The position numbers were made by a program, and so were the translations under genes. A stretch of DNA of 63,651 nucleotides, the filler included, from Octopus bimaculoides (lineage: Eukaryota), in the NCBI RefSeq assembly GCF_001194135.2. It is 5 parts of 4 records of this genome, joined end to end, with 100 filler letters (N's around TTAATTAATTAA, not from the genome) between each part and the next. Parts side by side here need not be neighbours in the genome. Positions count along the whole stretch, not along the records: positions 1 to 31,972 come from NC_068990.1; positions 32,073 to 43,192 come from NC_068985.1; 3 more parts are not named here. One strand, written 5' to 3'. Below are positions 27,990 to 39,795 of this stretch, piece by piece (the first letter of the stretch is position 1; every line of letters starts with the position of its first letter). Under the pieces are notes generated by a model, which was given only the letters and a program-made list of their open reading frames with translations, made no database searches and was not told the origin of the DNA.

Positions 27990-29844
27990 ATATATATATA
28001 TATATATATGCGTATATAGATATGTTTTATACACATTCATACATATATATTTATGCGTGTGTATTATGTGTGTATCTAGGTTCACATGCATGCACTCACT
28101 CATGCGTGTAGGTGTGTGTGTGTGGTGTATGTGTGCGCGCGTGCGCGTGCGTGCGTGTGTGCACGTAATAATGTATGAGTGTTTGTGCGTAGGTATATGT
28201 AAATAAATATATAAATATAAAAACACTTGCAGCAATTACGAATCTCAGCCAAGCATTTATACACGACGTTTATCTAAACGCAGTGTCCAATCAGGGACGT
28301 TTTCGACAGAAGTCCTGTAATTACAACTCGGTGGGGTTGAGTAAGCACTTTCAAAGGTTCTATACATCGTTCTATTTCGAAGAATATGGTAACTAATTTA
28401 CTGTCTCAGTGTTTCACTTTTATAAGTAGTTCTAAGATATTCTCTTTTTATGCTCATTTTATAATACCTGAAAGCTAATTTTTACGACGTTTGTATATAT
28501 TTCAAATTAACAAACCAATTCATTGAGCACAATACGACAGTAATTTAAAAGTATAAACATGTTTTAACGAGAGACATTAGATTATTTTTGATCTTGCATT
28601 GGGTATAAAACCGTTTACGATTTTTCAATAGGTATTTTGTGAAGTGTTTTTTTTATAACGACGGTACTACAATATACATTATCTATATATATATTTTATG
28701 TGAAATATAATTGTTTCACTTCACTGTATTGTTACAGATAACGGTAGAGTCCTTTACTTAGAGATATTTTATTTGATATCAATATAAATAAATGTTAATT
28801 CGAAACGATGTAAAACGGAAACCGTGTAATAACTTTTTGAAGACATGATTATTAAATCAAAAATTTAAATAATGTATTTAAAGTCCAGACAGATTCTGTA
28901 CAATATTCATAGTTCAATTTCGTTCTAGTAAATCGAGTCTATGCAGCATAACGTGAACACTGCTTGAGAAGACGTCAACTGGAAGTTGATGTAGTTTAGA
29001 ACACTGCACTGAAAGAAGCCGCTGCATCACATTCACCAAACAAATTAGGGGCCTCTTTGCTATCATTTCCTGTGACTCTCCACCATCCAATCTTCAGCTG
29101 CATATCAAAATACATACTGCATCATGTGGAAGACAAACTTATACAAACAAGGATAAGCCGAATCGTGAAACAGGCAAAGCTTTATGATCAATATAATTTT
29201 GACAAAATGTTCTTTCACCAAAGCAGATTCGTCCTGCGGAAGCCTTATATGAAGTTCTGCATTTAGCTTTAATCTTCCAATCAACCTTGCAAGCAATAAC
29301 AGCAAACCCGTTTGAAAATTTGGGTCGGGATTCCGAAGAAGGCTAAGCTGAAAGTAAACGAATAGTGCGCATTGCCTCACAGAATCTCGGTCGCAACACT
29401 AACATAATTGTTAAAATAGTTTTGTCTATCAATCTGGTAGTTTCCCGTAAATTCTGGCAGTCATCTTTAATGGTATACCCGCAAATGATCGGAGAATAAA
29501 CTTCAAATTTCATTCTATCTGAAGAAGAATGTAAACACATCATCACTATAAGAGTTGCAATTAATAGAGATGATGTCACAGTAGCCCAGATTTTTAAAGT
29601 TTTAATTTAGCCAGGGTCAATTGTAATGTACAAATTATAATCTAGAAATTGCCTCTGAGAAGGGAGATATCAACATTCAAAGATAAAATGTAGATTAGTC
29701 ACGATCACATCTCAAAATTGCTATCGAAAGTTCATTCTAATTTCTAACAGAATTGCAGAAATCATAAAGAGCTTACTGAAAACGGTTACGACGACAATAT
29801 TTCCAGTTGTTCCCATCAAAAGTGCAACCAGCTTGTTCGAGAAA

Positions 29845-30095
29845 CCAGCGTGCAAGTGGCTAAACACTTCACAAATATGCGTACCTTTAGTGTAGTTCGC
29901 AGGGAAATTCCGCGTGACAGAATATGACCAGGATGGCCATTTAACATACGGGTACAAATACTTTTTGCCAGCTGAGTTGAATGAAGCAGATAAAGTGTCC
30001 TGCTCAAGGAGCACACAATGCGCCGGCGGGTATCGAAATCACGACGTTACGATTATGAGCCGAAGACCCTAACCACTCGGCCACACGCCTTCGCA
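29845..30095 (-). mobile_element. Family C SINE with an alternative 3' tail
   Basis: ccctaaccactcggccacacgccttc (head, reverse complement) and ttttgccagctgagt...cctgctcaagga (centre). Confidence 0.85.
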
Positions 30096-30244
30096 GGAAA
30101 GCACTTCTTTAAAAATGTTTTGTTAAATCATTTAAGTTTCACAAAAATGCTTCAAGGCATTCGGCAATGGGACATCAACGACTACTTTTCCTCTTTCTCT
30201 CCCCTCCTCCTTCTACTACTACTACATACAACACATGTATTTGT

Positions 30245-30276
<32 letters not shown>

Positions 30277-31853
30277 TGTATGTATGTATATGTATATACA
30301 TATATACACACACTACTATATATGTGTGTGTGTGTGTGTATGTATATATCTATACATGGATATATATGTATGTGTGTATGTATAAACCTATAAATCTATA
30401 ACGGGTACGGTTTCATCACGTGCGGTTCATGTGTGTAATATCCCTACTGGCACAGAGTTTCATCCGTACTCCCTAATGCAATGAAGGTTATACTGATTAG
30501 AATGTATAGGCTGGTTAGATAATTCGCAACCTCAACAGAAAGAAAAGAAGGTAATTTAAGCAAAAAAGATAACATAAAACAAGTAAAATTCTGAGGCGGA
30601 AAGCTATTCAGAAAATTTATCGCAGCAAGAAGCGTCAGAATAATTCTTTATCTGAAACCAGTAAAAAAAATTCTGCCTGGGGAGAGATAGATTAATATTA
30701 TCAATCTCTCTATAATCAACAACAAAACGTACAGAATCCCGCTGTGACAAACTTTAAAATTGCATTTTTGGAAAGGCTAACTGAAAATCAACATGAGTCT
30801 AGGGAAATCTATTTGGACAACTGAAGGCAAAAAATAGAAGTTGGTGCGAATCGAGAAAGATGAGTGCAAGAATGGGCGTAGGTTTTTTTTGTNNNNNNNN
30901 NNNNNGGGGGGGGGGGGGGGTAGAGAGGAAGAACAATGTGTATCTTGAATATTATTATAGAAAATACTTGGCGATAATGGTTTAAGATTTAGAGAAATGT
31001 ATATATAAACGGTTGTAATATTTGTTGATAAGGCAAATCTGAACAAAATGGGATCAGCAGAAGCTACGAAATAACTGCTTCAAATGAGGATTGTCGAAGT
31101 GGCAAAACGTAGAGCGTTCATAAACAGAATTAAATTAGCAGACGATCAAGAGTTCTCACATGACAGCCACAATATTGGTCAGTGTTTGCGAGGTAATTCC
31201 ATGAAATTTTAACAAAGACGCGGTCATTTGTAATTTAATATTGTTTCGTAACAGCGAGGAATGAGGGAGAATGGCAACAGCTCTTCTGGCTAAAATTATA
31301 TCCTCATACAAACGAGAGAGTTTCTACGTGGTCACCGAATTCTCGCAGCAAAATTCTCTCAAATAATATTTTCCTGCTGCTTAGAAAACTAAAAAACATA
31401 TGAGATAATGTAGTCCTAGATATATTTCAAAACAACACACCGCAAAGTTACGAAGCAAACCTTTTAAACATACACTTATGGCTATTCCCTATTGGAAAGA
31501 GCTGCGGAGACGGTGACGTAAACACATACAGACAGACACCATTCCAAGGGAACGGACACTATCCGTTTGAACAATATAACACACAAGCTCGCTTCAGTCT
31601 TACGCCTACACGTGCTAACATTTTTTTCTACACCTAATAAAATAGTATTTGTTTCTTGAAGTTGGTTGATATCGTACCACGTCAAATCAGACATTCATTA
31701 CTCATTTATTCCTCCTCCACTAATCAACCTCATGCTAAACAGCCTGTGCTAACTCCTATTCCAAGTCCATCCAACTAGGACATTATCCCTCGGGAAATAT
31801 TCATTCCTGTTCTTTATACATATATATATACTGTTGTGTTTTGGTGCCTTATA

Positions 31854-31952
31854 ATTTAACACAGTCACCGGTACAATTTCCACTTATTTCTTTTTTATTA
31901 AAAAATAAAAATAAATAAATAAGTGGAAATGTTACCGATGAGTGTGTTAAAT
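31854..31952. repeat. Fold-back with 36-bp arms (MITE-like)
   Basis: atttaacacagtcaccggtacaatttccacttattt vs aaataagtggaaatgttaccgatgagtgtgttaaat. Confidence 0.85.
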
Positions 31953-32016
31953 GATATATGTGTATATATATANNNNNNNNNNNNNNNNNNNNNNNNNNNN
32001 NNNNNNNNNNNNNNNN

Positions 32017-32028
32017 TTAATTAATTAA
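32017..32028. other. Assembly linker 44N-TTAATTAATTAA-44N (also at 43237-43248, 52004-52015, 61277-61288)
   Basis: The identical 12-mer, which has stops in all six frames, is flanked by exactly 44 N on each side four times. Confidence 0.95.
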
Positions 32029-32073
32029 NNNNNNNNNNNNNNNNNNNNNNNNNNNNNNNNNNNNNNNNNNNNT

Positions 32074-32308
32074 GCAGATAAGTTGAATATAATAGTGAAA
32101 AATAATCATTGAATACTGAAAAAACATTCACCTCCCCTAACTTTAAACCCTAACCCTAAACCCTAACCCTAATCCCTAACCCTTAATAAAATATGGGAAA
32201 AGCTGGAGATGAATGTTTTGAAAACATTCTGAACTATCTTTCAGAATGGTTTACTTTTCAATGAAATATCATTTCGTTATTTTTCATGTTTTTATTCAAT
32301 TTATCTGT
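32074..32308. mobile_element. MITE-like element with nested inverted repeats around a degenerate (CCCTAA)n core
   Basis: Outer IR cagataagttgaatataatagtgaaaaataa / ttatttttcatgtttttattcaatttatctg; inner IR aaaacattcacctcc / ggagatgaatgtttt. Confidence 0.75.
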
Positions 32309-33157
32309 AATTTTCTTCTTGTATTAGATGGATAACCCACCCTCCATTTACAGCAAGTAGCGCACGTCTGGTTTTTTACCTGTGTGCTAAATTCGACTAC
32401 TTACGACTAACGCAGGCGCATGCGCAAATTTGTGACATGCACACTCCCAGAACTCGAATCCACACTTCTCCAGTAATGCCAAATTTTGAAACTGAGTTTG
32501 CACCCCCTAAGCAAATTTTGTTCCAGGGCCACTGAGAGCGCAGGCTACTAACTCCAATATTCCAAGTTAATAAATGTGGGAATGAAGGAGTGTTGATGAA
32601 CAAAAGCTGAAAGAAAATAGTGAATAGTAAAAAGAAGATAATTTATTGAGGGTGGAGTTGGGAGATGGTGGAGTGTTTAAGGAGTATTTTATGAAGGGCT
32701 TGTGAAAGTGCCCTCCTGCTGATTCCATTTGAATAGTTGACCTTTGATGAAAAATATAATGGTCACATGTTTTTCAAATTCTCTTATGGCTGAATCAACT
32801 ATCTTAATTTCATAAAGAGAAGGTTCAGTAATTTTCTATGTTAAAGATGAGTTTAGTGGGTGTTAATGAGGTGTAATATACATGTCTTTTGATAAAAAAG
32901 AAATGATAGTAGAGATAAAAAATATAAGGGTAGTTTTGGAATGTTTATTGATAGAAATGTACTTTTTTATATTGGTTTGGGAGGGGATGTGGGGGGAGAT
33001 CATGCTAGCTCACATATTTACTTCCCTACATATAAACAAACAAAAGCATACATATATATATATCTATACATGCATATATACATACATATATATATACACA
33101 TATACACATATACACACATGCATACATACATATATACTCGTATATACATACATATAT

Positions 33158-33200
<43 letters not shown>

Positions 33201-33567
33201 CACATATGTATCTACACATATACACACATTTTTTCTAGTTCATACAAACCCATATATTAGCACATGCATTCACACCTGTATATTTATATATACCTACATA
33301 CACATGCATACATACACATGCATACATACACATGCATACATACACACACACACATATGTATATATGTATCTACACAACTGAAGTATTTAAGTTCACATGT
33401 ACATAGTGGGGGACAGGGATTAGTGAAATGGTAGTGTACCTTTGAGGGTTGTTCTTCTCTTCACCTATCGCATTATTGAAAGTGCAGGTGTCATTCACTT
33501 CTAATTGGATATATGCATCTTTTTTTCAAAAAACAAAGAGAAAATCCCATTATTGGAGGGTGGAATA

Positions 33568-34122
33568 TCATTTTTTTGTGTTCATTAGTGGTTTGTACTT
33601 TCTAATGAAGAATTCTTCTTTATATTTCTGGAAAAGTTCGTTGTCCGATCATAATTTAAAGAAAAGGAAGATTGTGAATTTTCCCTTTTTGCATGATGCA
33701 AAGTGTTCACTGCAAGTAGTGTTTCTGACTGAGGGATCTTTAATTAGTTGTCTATGTACACGAACTCTGTCATGTAGTCTCGTTTTGGTTTCACCAATGT
33801 AGTATTCTTTACATTGTGGGCAAGTTGCACAGTAAATTAAGTTTTTTGTTTTGCAATTCATGTTCGCATTAACTTTGAAAATCTTATTGTCTTTAAAGGA
33901 GATTTGCTCACCCTCTTCAATGTGTTTACAAGTTCTGGTAAATTGTAGTGTTTCATGAAGCCTGTTAATGATGGAATAGAATCTTTGCAGGTCCTCCTGG
34001 TTTCTATCCCAGAAAATGAAGCAATCGTCTAGGTAACATTTCCACTTATTATTAATGTAGGTGGCGAAGTCATGACTGAACGCTTCCTGCAGCTGGGAAT
34101 ATAGTTTTGCCTCTAGGTAACC
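33568..34122 (-). mobile_element. Penelope-like element: RT core fused in frame to GIY-YIG endonuclease by deletion
   Basis: 185 codons with one internal stop: GYLEAKLY..KWKCYLDDCFIFW..LQFT|RTCKHI..MNCKTKNLIYCATCPQCKEYYIGETKTRLHDRVRVH..EHF..KEEFFIRKYKPLMN. Confidence 0.93.
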
Positions 34123-34138
34123 CTCTAGGCAACACTTG

Positions 34139-35016
34139 TTATGGATGTGAAAACTAAGGTAATGGCAGTATCTCTAACAACAGCAGCAACATCATTAGCA
34201 ACTTCCCTAAAGGCTATAGTAACAGGCTGAACATTTCCAATAGCTGCAGCAGCAGTACCATCGCCAACAATAACAGTGATAACTGCAATGACATCAACGG
34301 CAGTATCTCTAACAGCATCTATAGCAGCATCTATAGCAGCAATGACAGTGCTTCCATCAATGATGATGGCCATAATAACAACAACAGCACCTTTACCAAC
34401 ACCAGAAGTAGCAGCACCAACACCATTGCCACCTCCAATGACACCAACATCAACAGCGCCAGTTCCAGCAACAGCAGTAGCAGCAACATCAACACCAACA
34501 GACACAGCACTGCCAACATCCAACCACAGAGATACACCAGCTGTTCTGGGAACTTGTTCAAAAAATACTTCCCAACCACAGATCCCCTTTCAGGATATCA
34601 GAAAGGAGATACATCATGTCACTAGCCAGCCATGTATGGCAGCTGATAGATGACAGGATCCCATACACAATATCATGGAGAATCCTAGAAAATCAGGCCC
34701 CTACATAAATGGGACCAAGCACTGCAAATTATGCATAACAAAATGGCCAAGGATCTTAAAGGACTCCCTCAACCCAGGGAACATCATTAACTTCAGAAGG
34801 GAGGTCTTCAGACCATGCTTACATTTCAGAAAATTCCTGCTGGCCTATTGGAACCCACAGGATTGCAGGGTAACTGGTGATTGATAGCCAAAGGGAGACA
34901 ATCCACTGCGGTCCTTTCCTCCTCAATATTCTAGAGAGGCCTTAAGCCAACAGGTTTTTGGACCTGATGATACGCTATAAAGCTAAATCCTTTATGGATG
35001 TGAAACCTAAGGTAAT
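34139..35016 (+). mobile_element. Internally deleted Penelope-like element bounded by a 25-bp direct repeat
   Basis: Frameshifted ELVQKYFPTTDPL, SLASHVWQL..ISWRIL, PYINGTKHCKLCITK, IINFRREVFRPCLHFRKFLL. Repeat ttatggatgtgaaa(a/c)ctaaggtaat at 34139-34163 and 34992-35016. Confidence 0.85.
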
Positions 35017-35018
35017 CC
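34960..35018 (+). ncRNA. Degenerate type I hammerhead ribozyme in the Penelope-like 3' repeat
   Basis: GGAc|CUGAUGA (34964-70)|U AC..GU stem II|GAA ACC uaa GGU A (H17 at 35014)|aUCC. The first pair of stem I is mismatched. Confidence 0.55.
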
Positions 35019-35082
35019 CATAAATCAGCCTTATCTAACTTTAATAATATATACTGCTCTATAACTTAGAGCGTGCTTCACA

Positions 35083-35938
35083 CAGGATGTGATGGGTAAA
35101 TTGTCGCCATCTTATATTTTTAATTTTACACATACACATCATTTGTTTTTTATGTTTTTGACTACACAGTATAGAGACTCAGCTGGACACTGTCTGTGAG
35201 AAAAACAGCACCATGATGCAATTTACTCAGCCAGAAATTTGGAAACAGCATGTTGTACTGCCTGGCACTCACGCAGGAAGCTGCAATATGAACATTTCAG
35301 AGTGTCTGGGTGTCAATCTGAGGACAGTGCAATCTGAGGACATGTATCGAGAGTCATAATCAAACATCCAATCAACATCATAGTGTTTGGAGTGATCACT
35401 AGTGATGGTGACGTTATGCCTCCATTCATCTTCCTACACAGCCTTACATTCAACACAGAGGCCTACATCAAGTGGTGCCGTGGGTCTAGAGGGTGGCTGC
35501 TGGAAGACCTTATGTTTGGCAATAAGACTCTGCACCATACCACACAGGCAGGAGCATTCAGTTATGGCTGTCAGACAATTTCTGTGACCACATCAGCCCT
35601 AATATCTGGCCACCTAATTCTCCAGACTGCAACCCCCTTGATTATGTGTGGGGTGCAGTTGAGCGAGAGACCAACAAAACTCCTTGTAATGCCAAGGATG
35701 AACTGAAGGCAAGGATTATGGCAGCATTCATCAACTTAAACAAAGAGACCATCCAGAAGAGTTGCAGGAGGTTCTTAAGTCATCTGGAGGCTGTGATTTA
35801 AGCCAATGGTGATTTTATTGAATAATTTACTCTTCAGTATTTCAAGATATTTTTATGTGATTTTGGAAAATACATGTTAAAAAGAGATGTCAGTGTTATT
35901 TTCATTTTTGCATAACTTAGTTTATTCACCACACCCTG
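35083..35938 (+). mobile_element. Internally deleted Tc1/mariner-superfamily transposon, maT/DD37D-like
   Basis: VFGVITSDGDVMPPFIF, VWQ*DSAP.HT, IWPPNSPDCNPLDY.VWGAVE, ANGDFIE*. TIRs caggatgtgatgggtaaa / tttattcaccacaccctg, with TA at the 3' side. Confidence 0.92.
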
Positions 35939-36467
35939 TACATATNNNNNNNNNNNNNNNNNNNNNNNNNNNNNNNNNNNNNNNNNNNNNNNNNNNNNNN
36001 NNNNNNNNNNNNNNNNNNNNNNNNNNNNNNNNNNNNNNNNNNNNNNNNNNNNNNNNNNNNNNNNNNNNNNNNNNNNNNNNNNNNNNNNNNNNNNNNNNNN
36101 NNNNNNNNNNNNNNNNNNNNNNNNNNNNNNNNNNNNNNNNNNNNNNNNNNNNNNNNNNNNNNNNNNNNNNNNNNNNNNNNNNNNNNNNNNNNNNNNNNNN
36201 NNNNNNNNNNNNNNNNNNNNNNNNNNNNNNNNNNNNNNNNNNNNNNNNNNNNNNNNNNNNNNNNNNNNNNNNNNNNNNNNNNNNNNNNNNNNNNNNNNNN
36301 NNNNNNNNNNNNNNNNNNNNNNNNNNNNNNNNNNNNNNNNNNNNNNNNNNNNNNNNNNNNNNNNNNNNNNNNNNNNNNNNNNNNNNNNNNNNNNNNNNNN
36401 NNNNNNNNNNNNNNNNNNNNNNNNNNNNNNNNNNNNNNNNNNNNNNNNNNNNNNNNNNNNNNNNNNN

Positions 36468-36790
36468 GCCTCAGGCTGACCAAAGCCTTGTGAGTGGATT
36501 TGGTAGACGGAAAGTGAAAGAACCCCATCATATATATGTATATGTATATATATATGTGTGTGTGTGTGTGTTTGTGTGTCTGTGTTTGTCCCCCCAACAT
36601 CGCTGGACAACCGATGCTGGTGTGTTGACGTCCCCATAACTTAGTGGTTCAGCAAAAGAGACCAATAGAATAAGTACTAGGCTTACAAAGAATAAGTCCT
36701 GGGGTCAATTTGCTTGACTAAAGGCGGTACTCCAGCATGGCCGCAGTCAAATGACTGAAATAAGTAAAAGAGTAAAAGAGTAAAAAAGAG
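36468..36790 (+). mobile_element. Family A SINE (head lost in gap)
   Basis: Near-consensus body and tail ccagcatggccgcagtcaaatgactgaaa(taagtaaaagag)n. Confidence 0.92.
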
Positions 36791-36946
36791 TTAGCCTTTA
36801 GATAAAAAAATTGTTATCGTACAAGAAAAATTTGTTGCAAAAAGTCATGTAAAAAATCGCTGGAAACAATCACAGTAATGAAAACTTGGGGATAGATATG
36901 TGTAATTTTGGGGAAACTTTATTTCAATTAAAGTGTATTGTGTGTG

Positions 36947-36978
<32 letters not shown>

Positions 36979-37383
36979 CATCTATTAAAGAAAGCAAAAA
37001 ATAAAACAAAAATGATAGTGTTCAGTATGTTGGCGACAGGAATTTCTGTCAAAGAGACATTTTTAAACAAAGTTGTATATCATCTCCCACTTTCTCTCAC
37101 ATACCCCCTCTTTCTCTCTCTTTTATTATTACTCCCACTACCACCATCAACACTACTACTTTTAATAAAACATCACCAACTCTCCCTAAATTGCTTTGTC
37201 TCCCTTTCTCTCCCTCTTTTTCTTTTTCTCTTTCTCTCCCTGTCTCTCTTCACCACCGCTCTCACCATCTCTATATCAACTATTACTCTCATCCCATCAT
37301 GAGAAATAGAAGGAATGTCATTGAATAGTGAGAGAGGGGGTCTAAGTGTGACACACTGGCACACAGAAATTAGTTTTCGCATT

Positions 37384-37428
<45 letters not shown>

Positions 37429-37748
37429 TANNNNNNNNNNNNNNNNNNNNNNNNNNNNNNNNNNNNNNNNNNNNNNNNNNNNNNNNNNNNNNNNNNNNNN
37501 NNNNNNNNNNNNNNNNNNNNNNNNNNNNNNNNNNNNNNNNNNNNNNNNNNNNNNNNNNNNNNNNNNNNNNNNNNNNNNNNNNNNNNNNNNNNNNNNNNNN
37601 NNNNNNNNNNNNNNNNNNNNNNNNNNNNNNNNNNNNNNNNNNNNNNNNNNNNNNNNNNNNNNNNNNNNNNNNNNNNNNNNNNNNNNNNNNNNNNNNNNNN
37701 NNNNNNNNNNNNNNNNNNNNNNNNNNNNNNNNNNNNNNNNNNNNNNNN

Positions 37749-37784
<36 letters not shown>

Positions 37785-38789
37785 ACATACACATGCATAT
37801 ATATAATGATATGTAAATGTAAGATCCAAGGATCTAGGCATAGGAGGTTAGGAAGCTTCATGCAGTCCGTAGAAGGTATAAAAACAACTTTCAGGAACAA
37901 TAGTGGTTTATTGGTGTACAAGGTTGTAAATTGTTCCCATATCAGAGTTCGATAAGCTGAAAAACATTATTTTATAGATCATGGTTAGCAACTAGGGTTG
38001 CTATGTATGCGAATAGAAATCCAAATTTAGGGAATGGAGCAGGTAAAATCCAAGCTACATATGTTTCCTAGCTAGCAGAATCTCAGAAGTAATTACTCAA
38101 CAAGGGATACTCCACTAGCTACTAATCAGGTCAAAGATACCTTACTTAAATGAAGGTTACATTGTCATCAAAGGATACCAAGTTTACTTGAAGGAGATAT
38201 GATCAAAAGTGAGTAGAAAGCACAGAGTGAGAGAATAAAAAAGAAAAGCATATGTGGAAGTGGGCAAATGTCTAAAGTTGTTAAGAAAAGGAATAAAAAT
38301 AAAGAAAAGTGGGGAGAAAAATATTGGTAAGATTGAAGTTGTCTAGGAGAAGGTCTTTGTGAATATAGGCTGGGGTAAGAATGCCAGAAGGAGAAGAGAA
38401 AGAAAAAATTTAGAGTGGTGGTAAGTTGGAATTTGTAAGGAGAGGAGAGGGAGAAAGAGAGGGATGTGGGAGGCAATGTTTCTGGTCAATAAGGGAACAT
38501 AGCACTTCTAGGTAAATTGGTAGCTTATCACTAAACAGTAAAACTATACAAACACATATTAGCACGCACATGCATATTTTCTCTGTGTGCCTGTTGTATC
38601 TTGTAAGTGTGCATGCTCATGTAGGTACCTGTATATGCTTATGTGCAGAAGGAAGGTGAAGAGAGATCACAAAGTTAAGAGAAAATATAAAATATGAAAA
38701 TACAAAGATAGTTATAAATACACAGAAGAGCTGCGAGTGGGTGCAGAGGAATAGTTAGGGAATAACGGGTGGTGGGGCACTATTATTTA

Positions 38790-39795
38790 TACTTTGAGAA
38801 CATGTTACATAATCAGTGTTTACAATTAAAAATTAGACAGTTCCATTCATTCAGAGAACTGGTGGATTGCATGATAGAAAAGATTTCAGTGATGCATAGA
38901 TCACATTTGCTGTTATAACCATTATATGATTTGGCATGGGTAACTATGGACCATTTTAAATTACATAGAATTGAGTTTTGTTTTAGGTTATGAATTAGCT
39001 GAGATAAAGAAGTGCTGTTAGTTCTTGCTTGGGATTTGAAGCTGGAATAGTGGTTACCCACTCTGACTTTGAAGGTGCTGCATGAGCCAATGTATACATA
39101 ATTGGAATTTTCAGCTGATACCAGTCGTTTGTATACAATATTTTTTGTGAGGCATCTGTTGTCTAAAGGTTAGGAGGTGGGGCGTCTACAGCTGCATAGG
39201 ATTCTAGAAGGTGCTAAAGATGAATTTACAGGGTTATAGTTAGCTTGGGTTAACCTGGTGTTATATTCATTATCTACTATGGCATTAGGATTGGTATTTG
39301 GTGGGGAGTCTTTTGGGGGATATAGTTTATAATAGTTCTCTTGTCTAATGAGATAATTCCCATCATTCCTTATTTTGGTTATGGGTATAGTAGGGTCATA
39401 TAAGGAAGGTTGAGGGTATTGGGATGAGTAATAGAATTGGGGTTGGTGGTGTGAGGAAGTTTAAGGATGTTCTAGGGTTATGGGTGGGAGGCTGGAGGTT
39501 AGGGTGAGTTGTGCTACCATGATTAAAGTTAACTACTTGCTGGTTATCAAGTTTCTTATTGTTCTGATGTCGGATTATACCAGTAATGTTAGTTGTGGTG
39601 GAGAAGGAAAATTTAATCAGTTGGAAGTTGAATATTTCTCTAAGAGAACTGGACTTAGGGAAATGTTTATCTAGTAGGGCAAAGGAGAGCTTGGATATTC
39701 TGATCTGAATATTAAAAGCAAAGGGGAAGGGATGGAACCAAATAACATTGTGTGTCTTGGCCAATTTATTCTGGTTTAGAGGGTTACTCAAATAT
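38790..39795 (-). mobile_element. Penelope-like element, C-terminal half (linker, CxC knuckle, GIY-YIG)
   Basis: NVIWFHPFPF..LLDKHFP..IFN..KFSFS..II.HQNNKKL, a low-complexity linker, CSCRRPTS*PLDNRCLTKNIVYK..YVYIG..FKVR..H, SLSQLI..KWSIV..KCDLCITE..LN..CKH. Confidence 0.9.

Noticed and set aside
32017-32028. Recurrent palindromic TTAATTAATTAA motif
   Set aside because: Always centred in exactly 44+44 N; an assembly spacer, not biology.
32700-32860. Possible further GIY-YIG C-terminal relic on the minus strand (KIVDS...FIK...NQQ)
   Set aside because: The similarity is too weak to call without a profile search.
34125-34653. Mucin-like Thr/Ala/Pro-rich ORFs on both strands
   Set aside because: They lie inside the repeat-bounded Penelope-like unit and run into its conserved motifs. 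Low-complexity composition explains the open frames.
38540-38640. SECIS candidate (AUGA followed by a stem) downstream of the 38790 PLE, minus strand
   Set aside because: The loop is about 39 nt, there is no 3' GA for the quartet, and the stem is made of TGCA low-complexity sequence.
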